The notes under the pieces: model-generated
What the model was told of the DNA's origin: nothing
What the model saw: only the letters and a program-made list of their open reading frames with translations
The model's database searches: none
Part shown: positions 56,497-64,000 of the stretch, in pieces
How the letters are laid out: each line of letters begins with the position of its first letter
How positions within the stretch are numbered: the first letter of the stretch is position 1
Assembly: GCA_044229975.1 (NCBI GenBank)
Contig: JBGARZ010000001.1
Span: forward strand, 256,001-320,000
Reading direction: 5' to 3'
Length of the DNA stretch: 64,000 bases
Origin: Polyangiales bacterium
GTDB lineage: Bacteria; Myxococcota_A; Polyangia; Polyangiales; Ga0077539
Program-made: the position numbers and the translations under genes

Positions 56497-58113
56497 ATGA
56501 ACGGCCGCCTGTGGAAGCTTGCCGCCACGTTGGCCGTCGTCGTCGCGGTTGGCGTGGGCTCGCGGTTCACCGTCCGCCGCCCTCCTGACCGCGGCTTCAT
56601 CCACCGTGAGGGCAACCGCCTCGTCCTGCGCGGTCGCACCTTCCGCTTCGTCGGAACCAACGCCGACATCATGCACGGCCACCAGGAGCGCCGCGAAGCC
56701 ACGCGCGTGCTCGACGCGCTGACCGCCGACCGCATCACCGTCGTACGTCTCTGGGCGCTCGGCGAGACCGACGGCACCGAGGCGTGGCGCGACGACTACG
56801 CCTTCCGCCGCGGCCCCAACGGTTGGATCGCGGTCTCCTTCGCCCACCTCGATCGCATCCTCGTGGCGCTGCGATCGCGCGGCCTCCACGCCATCGTCGT
56901 CCTTGCCAACCGTCTGGGCGACTACGGTGGCTTCCCGCAGTACCTGCGCTGGGCGGGCGTCCGACCGCGCACCAACGTCCTTCGCGCTGGCGAGTTGCAC
57001 CGCGCGTATAGCGACCCAGCCGTCGAGTACGCGTGGCGCGAACACGTCCGGCGCATCGTGGGTCGCACCAACAGCGTCACCGGCGTGGCCTACCGCGACG
57101 ACCCCACCATCATGGCGTGGGAGCTGATGAACGAAGGCACGTCTCCCACCTGCGAAGTCGGTGATCGCATGGTGCGTTGGGTCGACCGGCAGGCGCGCTT
57201 CATCCACGGGCTCGACCCCAACCACCTCGTGAGCGCGGGTCACTTCGGCTACGCGAGCGTGCAGGGGCGCGCGATCTGGCAGCGGGTTCACGCCCTCGAC
57301 AGCGTCGACTACGCCGACCACCACGCCTACCTCGAAGCCACCGAGGCCGTGCTCGAACCTGCGGACCTCGCCCCCTGGTTGGCCGACCGCGTCGCGCTCG
57401 CCCGCGACACGCTGCACAAGCCGCTCGTCATCGGTGAGGTCGGCTTTGCGCGCGAGGACCACACGCGCGACGAACGCGGTCGATGGTACGGCGCCTTCTT
57501 CGACGCGGCGGAGCGCCTCGGCATCTCCGGCGTCGCCGTGTGGACCTATCAGCGCGGGACGGCGGGCGTCAGCGCCCACGGCATCTTCGGCTGGGGGCCG
57601 CTCGCCCAGGAGAACGAGCCCACCCGTGCCGCGCTTCGCGATGCCTCGGAGCGCTTGTCGCGCGCCACCGATGCACCGCCGCCGCCCTCGGCTCGCACAA
57701 CCACGCTGCTCCACGAACAGGGACCGATCTTCGCCCAGGACGCCTGGGTGGACGACGGCGACGGAGCGACCATGGGGCTCGATCCATGGACCTTCGAGGA
57801 GGCTTGCGCGCGGCCGCCGACGGCGTGGGTCGAGTTGCCGCTGTGGCTGCCTGCACGCCCCGTCACGACGCTGGAGCTCACGCTGACGTCGGCGTCGCTC
57901 GGACCGCTCGGCATCACGGTCGCGTTCGACGAGGTGGTGCTCGGTCGACTCGATGCGCCCGGCGTCACCATGCGATCCACGGTCGCGCCCGAGCGTCGGC
58001 ACGAGGTCCACTGGTTGCGGCTGTCGACGTCAGCGCCACGAGGCCGTGCTCTGCTCACCCGCTACAACGTCGAGCTCCCCAGCTCCGACCGCCTCACGCT
58101 GCACGCGCGGTGA
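56497..58113 (+). CDS. GH5 glycoside hydrolase (endo-beta-mannanase-like)
   Basis: N-terminal TM/signal; FRFVGTN, VVRLWA, DYGGFPQY, RTNSVTGVAYRDDPTIMAWELMNE (acid/base), HHAY, KPLVIGEVG (nucleophile). Confidence 0.88.
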   Translation: MNGRLWKLAATLAVVVAVGVGSRFTVRRPPDRGFIHREGNRLVLRGRTFRFVGTNADIMHGHQERREATRVLDALTADRITVVRLWALGETDGTEAWRDDYAFRRGPNGWIAVSFAHLDRILVALRSRGLHAIVVLANRLGDYGGFPQYLRWAGVRPRTNVLRAGELHRAYSDPAVEYAWREHVRRIVGRTNSVTGVAYRDDPTIMAWELMNEGTSPTCEVGDRMVRWVDRQARFIHGLDPNHLVSAGHFGYASVQGRAIWQRVHALDSVDYADHHAYLEATEAVLEPADLAPWLADRVALARDTLHKPLVIGEVGFAREDHTRDERGRWYGAFFDAAERLGISGVAVWTYQRGTAGVSAHGIFGWGPLAQENEPTRAALRDASERLSRATDAPPPPSARTTTLLHEQGPIFAQDAWVDDGDGATMGLDPWTFEEACARPPTAWVELPLWLPARPVTTLELTLTSASLGPLGITVAFDEVVLGRLDAPGVTMRSTVAPERRHEVHWLRLSTSAPRGRALLTRYNVELPSSDRLTLHAR

Positions 58114-58148
58114 CCCCAAACTCGTCGGAAGAGAAGCACCGCCCACGC

Positions 58149-59153
58149 TCACCGCCGCGGCGGCGGCCCTTCGACCCTCGGCGCCGTGCCCACGATCGGC
58201 AGCCGCCGGTGCCCCGCATGCGCCGCGCAGTGTCCGCGCACCACGTCGGCCATCAGCTCCACGAAGGCCGTCGCATCGTTGACCGCACCCGCGCGCTCCA
58301 TCACCAGCCCAACCTCGTCGCAGGTCTCCCTGAGCTCGTGGTCGAGGTCGTACAGCACCTCGACGTGGTCGCACACGAAGCCCAACGGCGACACCACCAC
58401 CGCCTCCAAGCCCTTGGCCCGCTCGGCCCGCGCGTACTCGTTGACGTCGGGACCCAGCCACGGGTCTTCCGGCCGCCCGCTCCGCGATTGAAACACCAGC
58501 GCGTAGTCCGTTCGCCCGAGCCGCTGCATCACCAGCCGCGCCGTCTCTTCGAGGTTGGCCACGTAGCGGCTCTCCGCCGCCATGCTCACCGGGATGCTGT
58601 GCGCCGTGAACACCACCCTCGCCCCCGCGCGCTTCTCCGCCGGCAGCCGCGCGAGCGCCGCCGCCACCCGCTGCGCGTTCGCCAGCACCAGGCCCTCGTG
58701 CGCGAACCAGTCGCCCACGAAGCTCACCTCGACGTCCGCCAGCCCTCGCGCCGCGAGCTCTCTCCGCGCATCGGCGACGTTCACCTTGTACTGCCCGCAG
58801 CTCGAATAACTCTTGTGCCCCGCGGTGATGAACCCCACCGCTCGCCGCACCCCGGCGCGCGACATCTCCGCCAGCGTGTCCGCCAGGAAGGGCCGCCAGT
58901 TTCGCATCCCCACGTAGACCGGCAGCGCCGGACCGTACGCCTTCAGGCGCTCTTCCAGCCCCTTGGCCTGCGCCATCGTCAGCGCCGTGATGGGCGACAC
59001 GCCACCGAACAACTCGTAGTGATGCGCGACCTCCGCCAGCCGCTCAGGGCTCACCCGTCGACCGCGCAGCACGTTGTCGAGAAATGGTCGGATCTCCTCC
59101 ATCCCCTGCGGACCACCGAAGGAGACCACCAGCACCGCGTCGAAGGGCTTCAT
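58149..59153 (-). CDS. hemH: Ferrochelatase
   Basis: VLVVSFGGP, HYELFGGVSPI, GMRNWRP, FTAHSIP, FQSRSG...PWLGPD, GFVCDHVEVLYDLD. Confidence 0.95.
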   Translation of the reverse strand: MKPFDAVLVVSFGGPQGMEEIRPFLDNVLRGRRVSPERLAEVAHHYELFGGVSPITALTMAQAKGLEERLKAYGPALPVYVGMRNWRPFLADTLAEMSRAGVRRAVGFITAGHKSYSSCGQYKVNVADARRELAARGLADVEVSFVGDWFAHEGLVLANAQRVAAALARLPAEKRAGARVVFTAHSIPVSMAAESRYVANLEETARLVMQRLGRTDYALVFQSRSGRPEDPWLGPDVNEYARAERAKGLEAVVVSPLGFVCDHVEVLYDLDHELRETCDEVGLVMERAGAVNDATAFVELMADVVRGHCAAHAGHRRLPIVGTAPRVEGPPPRR

Positions 59154-59170
59154 CGTCGCGGTTGAGATGC

Positions 59171-60094
59171 TCAGATGCCCGCGTCCGTCGCGCGCGTCCA
59201 ACCCGATCCCGCCATCATCACCGACCCGATGCGGCGCCACTGCCCGCGCACGATGTCCGTCAGCCCGAACGCCTCCAGCATCGAGCCCACCGTCTCGCCT
59301 TCGAGGTCCGCCGCTACCGCCGACAGCTCCTCCGCGATGCTCGTCCGCAACACCGGCCGCTGGACGTTGTGCGCCACGATCGCCGGCGTCATCGCGTCGA
59401 CCTCCGCCCACGCCACGCGCCGCCCCCGCTTCGCGCCGCCCGACTCCGTCCCCTCCAGCGCCTTCGCCACGCCGGCGCCCCAGCGCTTGCCGATGGCCTT
59501 CGCGGTGTCCTCGCTCTTCAGCCGCTCGGCGATGCGCTGCTGCACGCTCGTCATCGCGCCATCGACGAAGTCCCCGACCTTGTCCATGAGCTGCCGCTGG
59601 ATCTCCTCCCCGACGCCACCCAGCACCTTGCCCGCCGCCTTCGCGCCGAAGGACAGCGCGCCCCGCAGCATCCCGCCACCGACCGCCGCCGCCGCACCGC
59701 CGCCCGACCCCGCCTTCTGCACGAACGACGTCAGCGCCTCGGTGAGCGTCGCCTTCACGCCGTCGCGCACCTTCTCGCTCGCCACGAGCTCGTCGACCAC
59801 CTTCGGCGGCAACGGCCGCGGACGACTCGCGCGCTCGACGATCTTCGTCGCGACCTCTTCGGGCAGCCAGTCGCGGAGCTTCACCTCGCTCTTCGCCGCG
59901 CGGTCGAGGATGCGATCGCGGAGCGGGACCATCAGACGGGAGTTCCAGTGCGCGACGCGCTCGGGATCGGAGACGGCGTCGAGGGTGGCGAGGAAGGACT
60001 CCGGCTCGAAGAGCACCCCGACGGGCAACGCGCAGAGGCGGTCGAAGGAGTCGTCGAGGAGGGCGATGGTGGTGTCGTCGGCGAGGGCGCTCAT
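59171..60094 (-). CDS. Hypothetical all-helical protein
   Basis: Protein-like ORF 17 nt upstream of hemH on the same strand; amphipathic helices and a Gly-rich segment. Confidence 0.7.
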   Translation of the reverse strand: MSALADDTTIALLDDSFDRLCALPVGVLFEPESFLATLDAVSDPERVAHWNSRLMVPLRDRILDRAAKSEVKLRDWLPEEVATKIVERASRPRPLPPKVVDELVASEKVRDGVKATLTEALTSFVQKAGSGGGAAAAVGGGMLRGALSFGAKAAGKVLGGVGEEIQRQLMDKVGDFVDGAMTSVQQRIAERLKSEDTAKAIGKRWGAGVAKALEGTESGGAKRGRRVAWAEVDAMTPAIVAHNVQRPVLRTSIAEELSAVAADLEGETVGSMLEAFGLTDIVRGQWRRIGSVMMAGSGWTRATDAGI

Positions 60095-60119
60095 GGCCCG
60101 CGGTTGTACCGCAGGACCG

Positions 60120-60845
60120 CTACCGCGCGCGACGCACCTCTCCGCCGAACGCGTACCGCAGCCCCACCGTCGGCGCGACGATGAAGGCGTTGTTCGACGC
60201 GCTGTACCCGAGGAATACCGGCACATCGAGCAGCACGTCGAAGCGCTCGCTGGCGTGCACCGCGAAGCCGCCGTTGACGGCAAGGTACGCCGTCGTGAGG
60301 AAGCGCCGGTCCCCATCCCCCGTGAGCTCCGCACCCGCGGGCACCGCGAAGGGGACGCTCAGCGCCACCGCCGCACCCGCGTAGGGCTCGAAGACCCCGC
60401 TGCCCGGACGCCACGACGTGCGGAGGCCCACGTCGATGGTTCCGTACGAGAGGGCGTTGTTGCTGCCGCCGCCGCCGAGCCCGAAGGTGAGCGCCGTGCT
60501 CTCGGTGCCGCCGGGGTTGATCTGCGCGTGCAGCCGCCCCGCGTAGAGCGTACGCGGTGATGCCTGCACCGAGCTCGGGTTGGGGGTCGCGCCCGCGATG
60601 CCATCGACGCCCATCGCCACCGAGTCGCTGAGCCGGTGCGCGATGCGGGCGCCGCCGCCGAGCGAGGGCTCGATGAAGGGTCCGCCCATGACACCACCGA
60701 AGGCCGTGACCGCCGTACCGCCGATGGGCCCCTGCGACGCGCCGCCCAACCCCATGAGCGACGGCGGAGGCGAGACCGTCGCACAGCCTGCGAGCGGAGC
60801 GAGGAGCAGCCACGCAGAACCGAGAGATCGCTTCGAGGTGTTCAT
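60120..60845 (-). CDS. Putative outer-membrane beta-barrel lipoprotein
   Basis: Lipobox LAGC; alternating amphipathic beta strands ending PTVGLRYAF. Confidence 0.7.
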   Translation of the reverse strand: MNTSKRSLGSAWLLLAPLAGCATVSPPPSLMGLGGASQGPIGGTAVTAFGGVMGGPFIEPSLGGGARIAHRLSDSVAMGVDGIAGATPNPSSVQASPRTLYAGRLHAQINPGGTESTALTFGLGGGGSNNALSYGTIDVGLRTSWRPGSGVFEPYAGAAVALSVPFAVPAGAELTGDGDRRFLTTAYLAVNGGFAVHASERFDVLLDVPVFLGYSASNNAFIVAPTVGLRYAFGGEVRRAR

Positions 60846-60859
60846 GGGAGACCTCCCAT

Positions 60860-60875
60860 CGCAACGCATGTGCCG
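60860..60875 (-). promoter_or_regulatory. Candidate sigma54 -24/-12 promoter
   Basis: Minus strand CGGCACATGCGTTGCG (GG-N10-GC with GGCAC and TTGC); it lies very close to the ATG at 60845. Confidence 0.5.
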
Positions 60876-60994
60876 CACGCCGAAGGCCGCACCACCCGAC
60901 GCTTCTCCCGTGTGGTCACCGGCCACTCAGACCGCCAGTCGGCCAGCGCGCGAGCCTGCGACGACACCCGCGCAGTGCGTAGCCCGCGAGGCGG

Positions 60995-62299
60995 TCAGCC
61001 GTGTAGTTCTTTTGCGCGCAGGGCGAGGCCGCTTGCCACGCTGGTGAGCTCGTCGCCCGCCCGCAGCCGGTCTTCGCCGAAGCGGTCGACGAAGATCTTC
61101 CGCACCGCCGGCACCATGGACGTGCCGCCGGTGAGAAACACCCGGTCGATCTCCGCGGCCTTCACCCCGGTGCTCGCCAACAACCGATCGATGCACCCGC
61201 GCAGCAGGTCGAGGTCGCCGCGAATCCATCGCTCGAAGTCCGCGCGCGCCACCGGCACCTCGATGTCCACGGGCGCGTCGACGAAGCGCAACGCGACCTG
61301 GTCCTCGCGCGAGAGCTTCACCTTGGTCCCTTCGACGACGCGGTGCAGGTCGAAGCCGAGGTCGTCTTCCACGAGGTGCAGCAGCGCCGAGAGCGCCGTC
61401 CGATCGGGGCTCTGGTCCCGCATCTCCTGGATGAACCGCAGCGTCTCGCGGCTCCGCAGAAACGACAGGTGGTGCCACCGCCGCACGCGCTCGTAGAGCC
61501 ACGAGGGCACCGCGATGTCCTTGCCGTCGAGGTACGAGCGATACATCGACCCCTTGCCGAGCCGCGGCGACACCACGGCGTCGACGATCTCGCCGTCGAA
61601 CACATCCCCCGCGAGCCCGACGCCCTCCGTCCCGAGGATGCGCGACGCCGACGCGGTCTTCTTCGCGCCGGGCCCCACGCGTACGAGACAGAAGTCGCTC
61701 GTGCCGCCGCCGAAGTCCCCGATGAGCACGAGCTCGTCGTGGTCGAGGCGCGACTCGTAGAAGTACGCCGCGCCCACGGGCTCGTACTCGAAGACGACAT
61801 CCTCCAGGCCCGCGAGCGCCAGCGACGCGCGCAGCCGATCGAGCGCCCGCGCCTCGTCCTCGGGCGTGTCGGCGTTGGAGAACTTCACCGGACGCCCCAC
61901 CACCACGCCGCGCACCACCGACGTCGGGTCACCCAGCGCCGTCCCGCACTGCTGCCGGATGCCGCGGAGGATGAGCGCGATGAGCGCTTCGAGCGTGTAG
62001 CTCTTCTCGAAGACCACGGTCGATCGCAGGAGGTCGGTCGCGAGGTACGACTTCAACGACTGGATGAGCCGCCCCGGCGAGACCGCGTCGCGATAGCGCT
62101 CCAGCGCCTGGGGCCCGGCGTGGGCGCGAACGCCCGACTTCGGATCGAGGTCCGTCGGGTCGAAGAAGAGCACCGAGCGGAAGGTGCTGCTCGGCCCCTC
62201 CCGCGTCTCGAAGCGAACGAGCTCCGACTGCCCGTCACGACCGGCGAGGGCGAGTGCGCTGTTGGTGGTTCCGAAATCGAGGCCGATGAAGCGCTCCAT
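60995..62299 (-). CDS. yegD: Hsp70-family protein, YegD-like
   Basis: IGLDFGTTNS, GRLIQSLKSYL, VVGRPVKF, FEYEPVGAA, IGDFGGGTSDF, FLTGGTS, SVASGLA; ATPase domain only. Confidence 0.88.
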   Translation of the reverse strand: MERFIGLDFGTTNSALALAGRDGQSELVRFETREGPSSTFRSVLFFDPTDLDPKSGVRAHAGPQALERYRDAVSPGRLIQSLKSYLATDLLRSTVVFEKSYTLEALIALILRGIRQQCGTALGDPTSVVRGVVVGRPVKFSNADTPEDEARALDRLRASLALAGLEDVVFEYEPVGAAYFYESRLDHDELVLIGDFGGGTSDFCLVRVGPGAKKTASASRILGTEGVGLAGDVFDGEIVDAVVSPRLGKGSMYRSYLDGKDIAVPSWLYERVRRWHHLSFLRSRETLRFIQEMRDQSPDRTALSALLHLVEDDLGFDLHRVVEGTKVKLSREDQVALRFVDAPVDIEVPVARADFERWIRGDLDLLRGCIDRLLASTGVKAAEIDRVFLTGGTSMVPAVRKIFVDRFGEDRLRAGDELTSVASGLALRAKELHG

Positions 62300-62433
62300 G
62301 GGGGTGATCGCTCTCCTTCGCGTGCTCTCGTCACGTCCCGTCGTGACGGTAGGGGGCGGGCGGGATAGCCCAAGCGCCCCGCGGTGGGCAACACCCCGCG
62401 TCGTGATGTGCGCTACCTTCGCCGACCTCCGTC

Positions 62434-62778
62434 ATGCGCCTGCGCTCCGTCACCCTCAGCTTCGGTTGTTGCCTCGCGGGCGCCCTCGTCGCGCTCCAAC
62501 CCTCCGGCGTCGACGCGCAGCACTCCGGCGGCAGCTTCGGCGGATCACGTTGGGGCAGCGGCTCCACCGCCCCGACACCCCCGCCGCGCCCCACCAAGAC
62601 CTGGGGGCAGAAGACCGGCGGCGTGTCGCGACCGACCCCCTACGGGAGCACCTACGACCCCAACCGCAACCGCCCCGCGAGCGGCGGCGGTGAGTGCGCG
62701 GCCTCCCTCGCGATGATCACCATGGGCCTCGTCGGCGGCCTCGTCGCCACCCGACGAGCGCGCAATCGACGACCCTGA
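62434..62778 (+). CDS. Small secreted or membrane-anchored hypothetical protein
   Basis: Signal peptide (VDA-QHSGGSFGGSRW), Pro/Thr linker, GGGEC + hydrophobic segment + RRARNRR tail. Confidence 0.55.
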   Translation: MRLRSVTLSFGCCLAGALVALQPSGVDAQHSGGSFGGSRWGSGSTAPTPPPRPTKTWGQKTGGVSRPTPYGSTYDPNRNRPASGGGECAASLAMITMGLVGGLVATRRARNRRP

Positions 62779-62801
62779 CCATCGACCCCATCGTCACCGC
62801 C

Positions 62802-63416
62802 GTGAGCATCACCCTCGACCGCGTCGCCCGCGCCCTCCACAGCCCCACCGACCGCTGGACCTACGAGGGCGAGGTTCGCTGGCGCGCCGCCGTCGCGGTG
62901 ATCCTGCGCGAGCGATCGGGCGTCGTGGAGGTGCTGGTGATCCGCCGCGCCGAGCGCGCAGGAGACCGCTGGTCGGGTCAGGCCGCGCTGCCCGGCGGCA
63001 AGGTCGACGCGGCCGACGCGACCATCGACGACACGGCCGTCCGCGAGACCTTCGAGGAGGTGGGCCTCGACCTGCGTGCGCTCGGCGCCCGCCGCCTCGG
63101 GCAGCTCAACGACCACCCCGGGCTCAAGCAACGGAGCTGGGCGCGGTTCACCGTCGTCCCGGTCGTCTACGCCATCGAGGGTGACCCCGCGATGACCCTC
63201 AACGGGCGCGAGGTCGCCGAGGCGATGTGGGTGCCGCTCGACGAGGTGCAGCGCACGCAGGGCTCGATGCTGTGGTGGTTTCGGCCGGTGAAGGCCATCC
63301 CGGTGAAGCTCCCGATGCGGCTGCCGCGCTGGCAGTGGCGCGGGCTCACCATCTGGGGCCTGACCTACGGGATGTTGCGGGAGCTGGTGGAGAGGGCGGA
63401 GGCCGCGGCGCCCTGA
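62802..63416 (+). CDS. Nudix hydrolase (CoA pyrophosphatase-like)
   Basis: RAAVAVIL, RRAERAGDRWSGQAALPGG, TAVRETFEEVG, EVAEAMWVPL, IWGLTYGML. Confidence 0.9.
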   Translation: MSITLDRVARALHSPTDRWTYEGEVRWRAAVAVILRERSGVVEVLVIRRAERAGDRWSGQAALPGGKVDAADATIDDTAVRETFEEVGLDLRALGARRLGQLNDHPGLKQRSWARFTVVPVVYAIEGDPAMTLNGREVAEAMWVPLDEVQRTQGSMLWWFRPVKAIPVKLPMRLPRWQWRGLTIWGLTYGMLRELVERAEAAAP

Positions 63417-63419
63417 GCC

Positions 63420-63435
63420 CCACCCGATCGGGTGG
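63420..63435. terminator. Palindrome between convergent genes, possible terminator
   Basis: Perfect 16-bp palindrome CCACCCGATCGGGTGG in the 44-nt gap; no U-tract. Confidence 0.4.
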
Positions 63436-63460
63436 AGCCCAGGTCAGCTCGCGAGGGTCG

Positions 63461-64000
63461 TCACTTCTTCGAGCGACGACGGCGGAGCGCGGGGATCGCC
63501 ACCGCGAGGGCGCCGAGCGCCAGCAGACCCAGGCCGTTGGCGTCGTTGGAGCCCGGGTTCACCGTGCACGAGAAGCCGTCGCCCTGGTAGCTGTACCGCG
63601 CGGCCACGGCGCCGCCGTCGGTGGCCACGCCCGCGTCACCGCGCGCCACGCACATCCCGATGGAGGTGTTGCACACCGGCAGGCCCGGCATCGTGCAGTT
63701 GGCGTCCGCGCTGGCCGACGGGAGCATCGCGTTGATGCGCGCCGCGCCATCTTCGCGCGGGTCGTTGTCGGGCACGCAGTCGTTGTCCGAGTCGCGGTCG
63801 AGGAAGTCCGGTCCGTCGCCGGTGGCCGTGCCGCCGTCGGTGTTGGCGGGCGTCATCGGGTTCGCGCCGGCTTCGTCGCGGTCGAGGTCCATGTCCCCAT
63901 CCGAGTCGAGGTCGCGGTACGACGGCAGGCCGTCCATGTCGGCATCATCGTCGGGCGTGGTGTCGAGCGTGCGCTCCACCGCCGTCGGGATGGTGTCGTT
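63461..64000 (-). CDS. C-terminus of a surface protein with Asp-rich (TSP3-like) Ca-binding repeats and MYXO-CTERM-like anchor (partial)
   Basis: DADMDGLPSYRDLDSDGD, DGPDFLDRDSDND, then GDGFSCTV + TM + RRRRSKK; the gene starts beyond the window end. Confidence 0.8.
   Translation of the reverse strand, partial: NDTIPTAVERTLDTTPDDDADMDGLPSYRDLDSDGDMDLDRDEAGANPMTPANTDGGTATGDGPDFLDRDSDNDCVPDNDPREDGAARINAMLPSASADANCTMPGLPVCNTSIGMCVARGDAGVATDGGAVAARYSYQGDGFSCTVNPGSNDANGLGLLALGALAVAIPALRRRRSKK

Noticed and set aside
51440..56500. Prophage, integron or IS boundaries around the candidate defence locus
   Set aside because: No integrase, transposase, attC-like site, tRNA or flanking direct repeat was visible by eye; horizontal origin rests on composition only.

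Overview
High-GC, gene-dense bacterial chromosome segment. The gene content points to Myxococcota (Polyangiaceae-like): Cys-rich repeat lipoproteins, TPR-PEGA, MYXO-CTERM-type tails, a myxobacterial pilin-like domain and sigma54 promoters; this taxonomy is inferred, not searched. About 50 CDS are supported. Housekeeping genes are nadA, a phoBR / pstB-phoU-pstC-pstA cluster, sfsA, cysDN, a deoxynucleoside kinase, hemH and yegD. There are many surface or secreted proteins (Cys-rich, Sel1, NHL, GH25, GH5, cytochrome c-Cu monooxygenase) and four consecutive GT-C membrane glycosyltransferases. I saw no rRNA, tRNA, CRISPR array, transposase or integrase. The strongest candidate for an undescribed system is 51461-56040. 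A ~1040-aa protein fuses a vWA domain, a small beta domain, a family-1 uracil-DNA-glycosylase fold with altered catalytic motifs (GQNPY, HPNPAA) and an R-S-E ADP-ribosyltransferase. It is followed on the same strand by a lower-GC EEP nuclease gene and a small coupled gene, suggesting a modified-DNA-sensing conflict or anti-phage module. Other notable items: a degenerate Pst ATPase/permease set with no pstS in the window, a structured nadA leader, an orphan PduT-like BMC shell gene, a 25-bp perfect intergenic inverted repeat, and repeated leaderless-mRNA signatures. All family calls are from motif recognition by eye; no database search was run, and several start codons are best guesses.
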